DNA of 62,558 nt, counting the filler. It is 4 parts of 4 records of this genome, joined end to end, with 100 filler letters (N's around TTAATTAATTAA, not from the genome) between each part and the next. Parts side by side here need not be neighbours in the genome. Positions count along the whole stretch, not along the records: positions 49,743 to 62,558 come from SRR20825010_1358; 3 more parts are not named here. One strand, given 5' to 3'. A program made the position numbers and the translations under genes. Positions 60,827-62,558 of this stretch are shown in pieces. The first letter of the stretch is position 1. The number at the start of each line of letters is the position of its first letter. The notes under the pieces are model-generated. The model saw only the letters and a list, made by a program, of their open reading frames with translations. It had not been told where the DNA came from and ran no database searches.

Positions 60827-61033
60827 ATGAACGAAGACATCTTCAACATGAGTGTCCGCAAATTCCTGAAGAAGGTCGGCGTGACCAGTCAGCGCGAGAT
60901 CGAGACGGCGATCCGGGCGGCGGTGGAGAACGGTTCTCTGAAGCCGGGCTCGGCAGCGGATGCCAAGGTGGTGCTTTCCATCCCTGCGGTGGGCCTTGAA
61001 GTCACCATCGACGGCACGATCGAGACCGAGTAG
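60827..61033 (+). CDS. Small conserved protein (DUF6494-like)
   Basis: MNEDIFNMSVRKFLKKVGVTSQREIE; RBS GGAGG. Confidence 0.8.
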   Translation: MNEDIFNMSVRKFLKKVGVTSQREIETAIRAAVENGSLKPGSAADAKVVLSIPAVGLEVTIDGTIETE

Positions 61034-61038
61034 CCACC

Positions 61039-61326
61039 ATGACCGCCGAGCCGTTCATCGACAGCTGGCGGGCCCGCCTTGTCGCGGGGCTGGTTCTGAT
61101 CCTGGCTGCGTCGTCACTGGTCTACATTCACCGGGAGGACCTGGCCGTGCTCGCGCGTGACGAAGCGGAGAGTGTCGTACCGGCCAATCCCGAATTGGCG
61201 AAATGCCTGTCGGAACGGAACGGCGCAGTTGACCGGATGCTGGCGGAGGGTGTGATCGACGATGCCAAGCACACCCTCTTCAAGCAACGTGCCGCCGCCA
61301 TGTGCCAGGACCGGTTCGGCGGCTGA
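61039..61326 (+). CDS. Small membrane-anchored hypothetical protein
   Basis: N-terminal TM segment, two Cys; directly follows the previous gene. Confidence 0.65.
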   Translation: MTAEPFIDSWRARLVAGLVLILAASSLVYIHREDLAVLARDEAESVVPANPELAKCLSERNGAVDRMLAEGVIDDAKHTLFKQRAAAMCQDRFGG

Positions 61327-61347
61327 CAATCCGGTCTGATTGCGGCG

Positions 61348-62556
61348 TCAGTGGATGCTTTCATCCTCATCCGGAACATTGCCTGCCTGATAGTCTTCTG
61401 TCGTGCGGACCATCGGGCGGGCGCCGCCGGCCATCGGATTGCCCGTCTCGAACTGATCGGCGACACGGCAATCCTCACACATCTGCAGGCGCCGGGCTGC
61501 TTCCGGCGTTGCGAACATCGAATGCTTCTCCGCCAGTGTTTTGACGATCCGGTCGATGGTGCTTTTCGCGGCGAAGGGTTTGTCGCAGCGGACGCAATGG
61601 AACGGCTCTTCCTCTTTCATCACCACGGGCGATTTGGCCGCGGTCAGGAAGTTGATCCGGGGTTCCAGCGTGATGGCGCTTTCCGGGCAGGTATTCTTGC
61701 AAAGACCGCATTGCACGCAGCTGCTTTCCACGAAGGAGAGTTGTGGTGAATCCGGATTGTCGAGCAACGCGCTGGCCGGGCAGGCGCTGACGCAGGCAAG
61801 GCAGAGCGTACAGGCTTCCGTGTCGACATTCACCGCGCCGTAGGGTGCGCCGGGCGGCAGCGCGATGCTGTCGACCGGGGTCGGTGCCGCAAGCCGGAGC
61901 TGGGCGAGTGCAGTGTCCATGATTTCCCGCTTGCCGCCAAGGGCCAGGAAGAAGCGCGGGGCAACGCCTGCGGATCTTTCCATCGACCAGAGTCTTGCCT
62001 CGACCGCATCCGGATCGGCCTCGACCAGCAGTTCGACCCGTCCGCTCTCGAAGCCGAGGCCGGTCAGAACTGTTTCGGCAAGGCCGATCTGGCCCGCCAG
62101 CCCGCCGATCTCTTCCTGCTTGCGGGGATGGGCGTGCAGCACGACCCGTCCGGCGCCGAAGGCGAATGCGGCAGCGAGGAAATCGAGGCCGATCTGGGTC
62201 ACCTGCGTCACCGCGAACGGGATCACGTGAGCGGGCAGGCCGCGCCCGAACCGGGCCGACATGTCGATCATCGCGTTACCGTCGGTGGTATCGTGGATCA
62301 AGAGGGCGGCATCGCGGCCGCCGGCATCCGCATAGGTTTGCATCAGTACGGACAGACGCTCGACCAGATTTGTGGTTGGCGGGAAGGCGTAATGCGCGGC
62401 GCCGGTCGGGCAGACTGAATTACAGGAGCCGCAGCCGCCGCAGATATGCGCATCGAAGGCGACGACATCGCCGTCAGAGCTGATGGCGCCTGCCGGGCAG
62501 ATATCGATACAGCGCGAACAGCCGGTCTTGCGGCTGCGGGAATGGGCGCAGAGATC
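61348..62556 (-). CDS. Multi-[4Fe-4S] ferredoxin-type protein, 5'-truncated
   Basis: CAHSRSRKTGCSRCIDICP, CGGCGSCNSVCP, CTLCLACVSACP, CVQCGLCKNTCP, CVRC, MCEDCR; frame open to the window end. Confidence 0.92.
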   Translation of the reverse strand, partial: DLCAHSRSRKTGCSRCIDICPAGAISSDGDVVAFDAHICGGCGSCNSVCPTGAAHYAFPPTTNLVERLSVLMQTYADAGGRDAALLIHDTTDGNAMIDMSARFGRGLPAHVIPFAVTQVTQIGLDFLAAAFAFGAGRVVLHAHPRKQEEIGGLAGQIGLAETVLTGLGFESGRVELLVEADPDAVEARLWSMERSAGVAPRFFLALGGKREIMDTALAQLRLAAPTPVDSIALPPGAPYGAVNVDTEACTLCLACVSACPASALLDNPDSPQLSFVESSCVQCGLCKNTCPESAITLEPRINFLTAAKSPVVMKEEEPFHCVRCDKPFAAKSTIDRIVKTLAEKHSMFATPEAARRLQMCEDCRVADQFETGNPMAGGARPMVRTTEDYQAGNVPDEDESIH

Positions 62557-62558
62557 GG

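Overview
The window is not one locus. It is four unrelated contigs joined by artificial 100-nt spacers (N44-TTAATTAATTAA-N44) at 27837-27936, 32343-32442 and 49643-49742. Contig 1 (1-27836, Gammaproteobacteria, Alcanivorax/Oceanospirillales-like by gene content; taxon inferred) holds an imelysin/di-haem/imelysin/DUF1513 cluster and a MerR-DUF3703-CDF metal module with a visible operator. It also holds a MacAB-OMF pump, an HDAC-family deacetylase, CbiX, an ECF42 sigma module with its target promoter, LpxR, a thiolase, a long-range-paired intergenic element, and ABC-F YheS plus TIGR02444. Its DUF4331-lipoprotein-TPR-HupE operon sits divergently from a SigK-like sigma/anti-sigma pair, with twin TGCATCC-N16-CGTA promoters between them. 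Contig 2 (27937-32342, probably Alphaproteobacteria) has allantoicase, ureidoglycolate lyase, a GNAT, an MMPL protein and the start of hrpB. Contig 3 (32443-49642, Rhodobacteraceae-like) has MscS, an unusual acidic PIG-L deacetylase, a GcvT-family dehydrogenase-MttB-TetR operon, tamAB, a USP and a TRAP fusion permease. Contig 4 (49743-62558, Rhodospirillales-like) has an RTX Ca-binding protein, gmhA-hldE, a cupin, a TPR-GT41 glycosyltransferase, and formate-dehydrogenase-associated accessory genes. The best candidates for something undescribed are the ECF-controlled DUF4331/HupE envelope system and the structured intergenic element at about 19301-19526. No rRNA, tRNA, CRISPR array or transposase was recognised. 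All family calls come from motif recognition by eye, not database searches.
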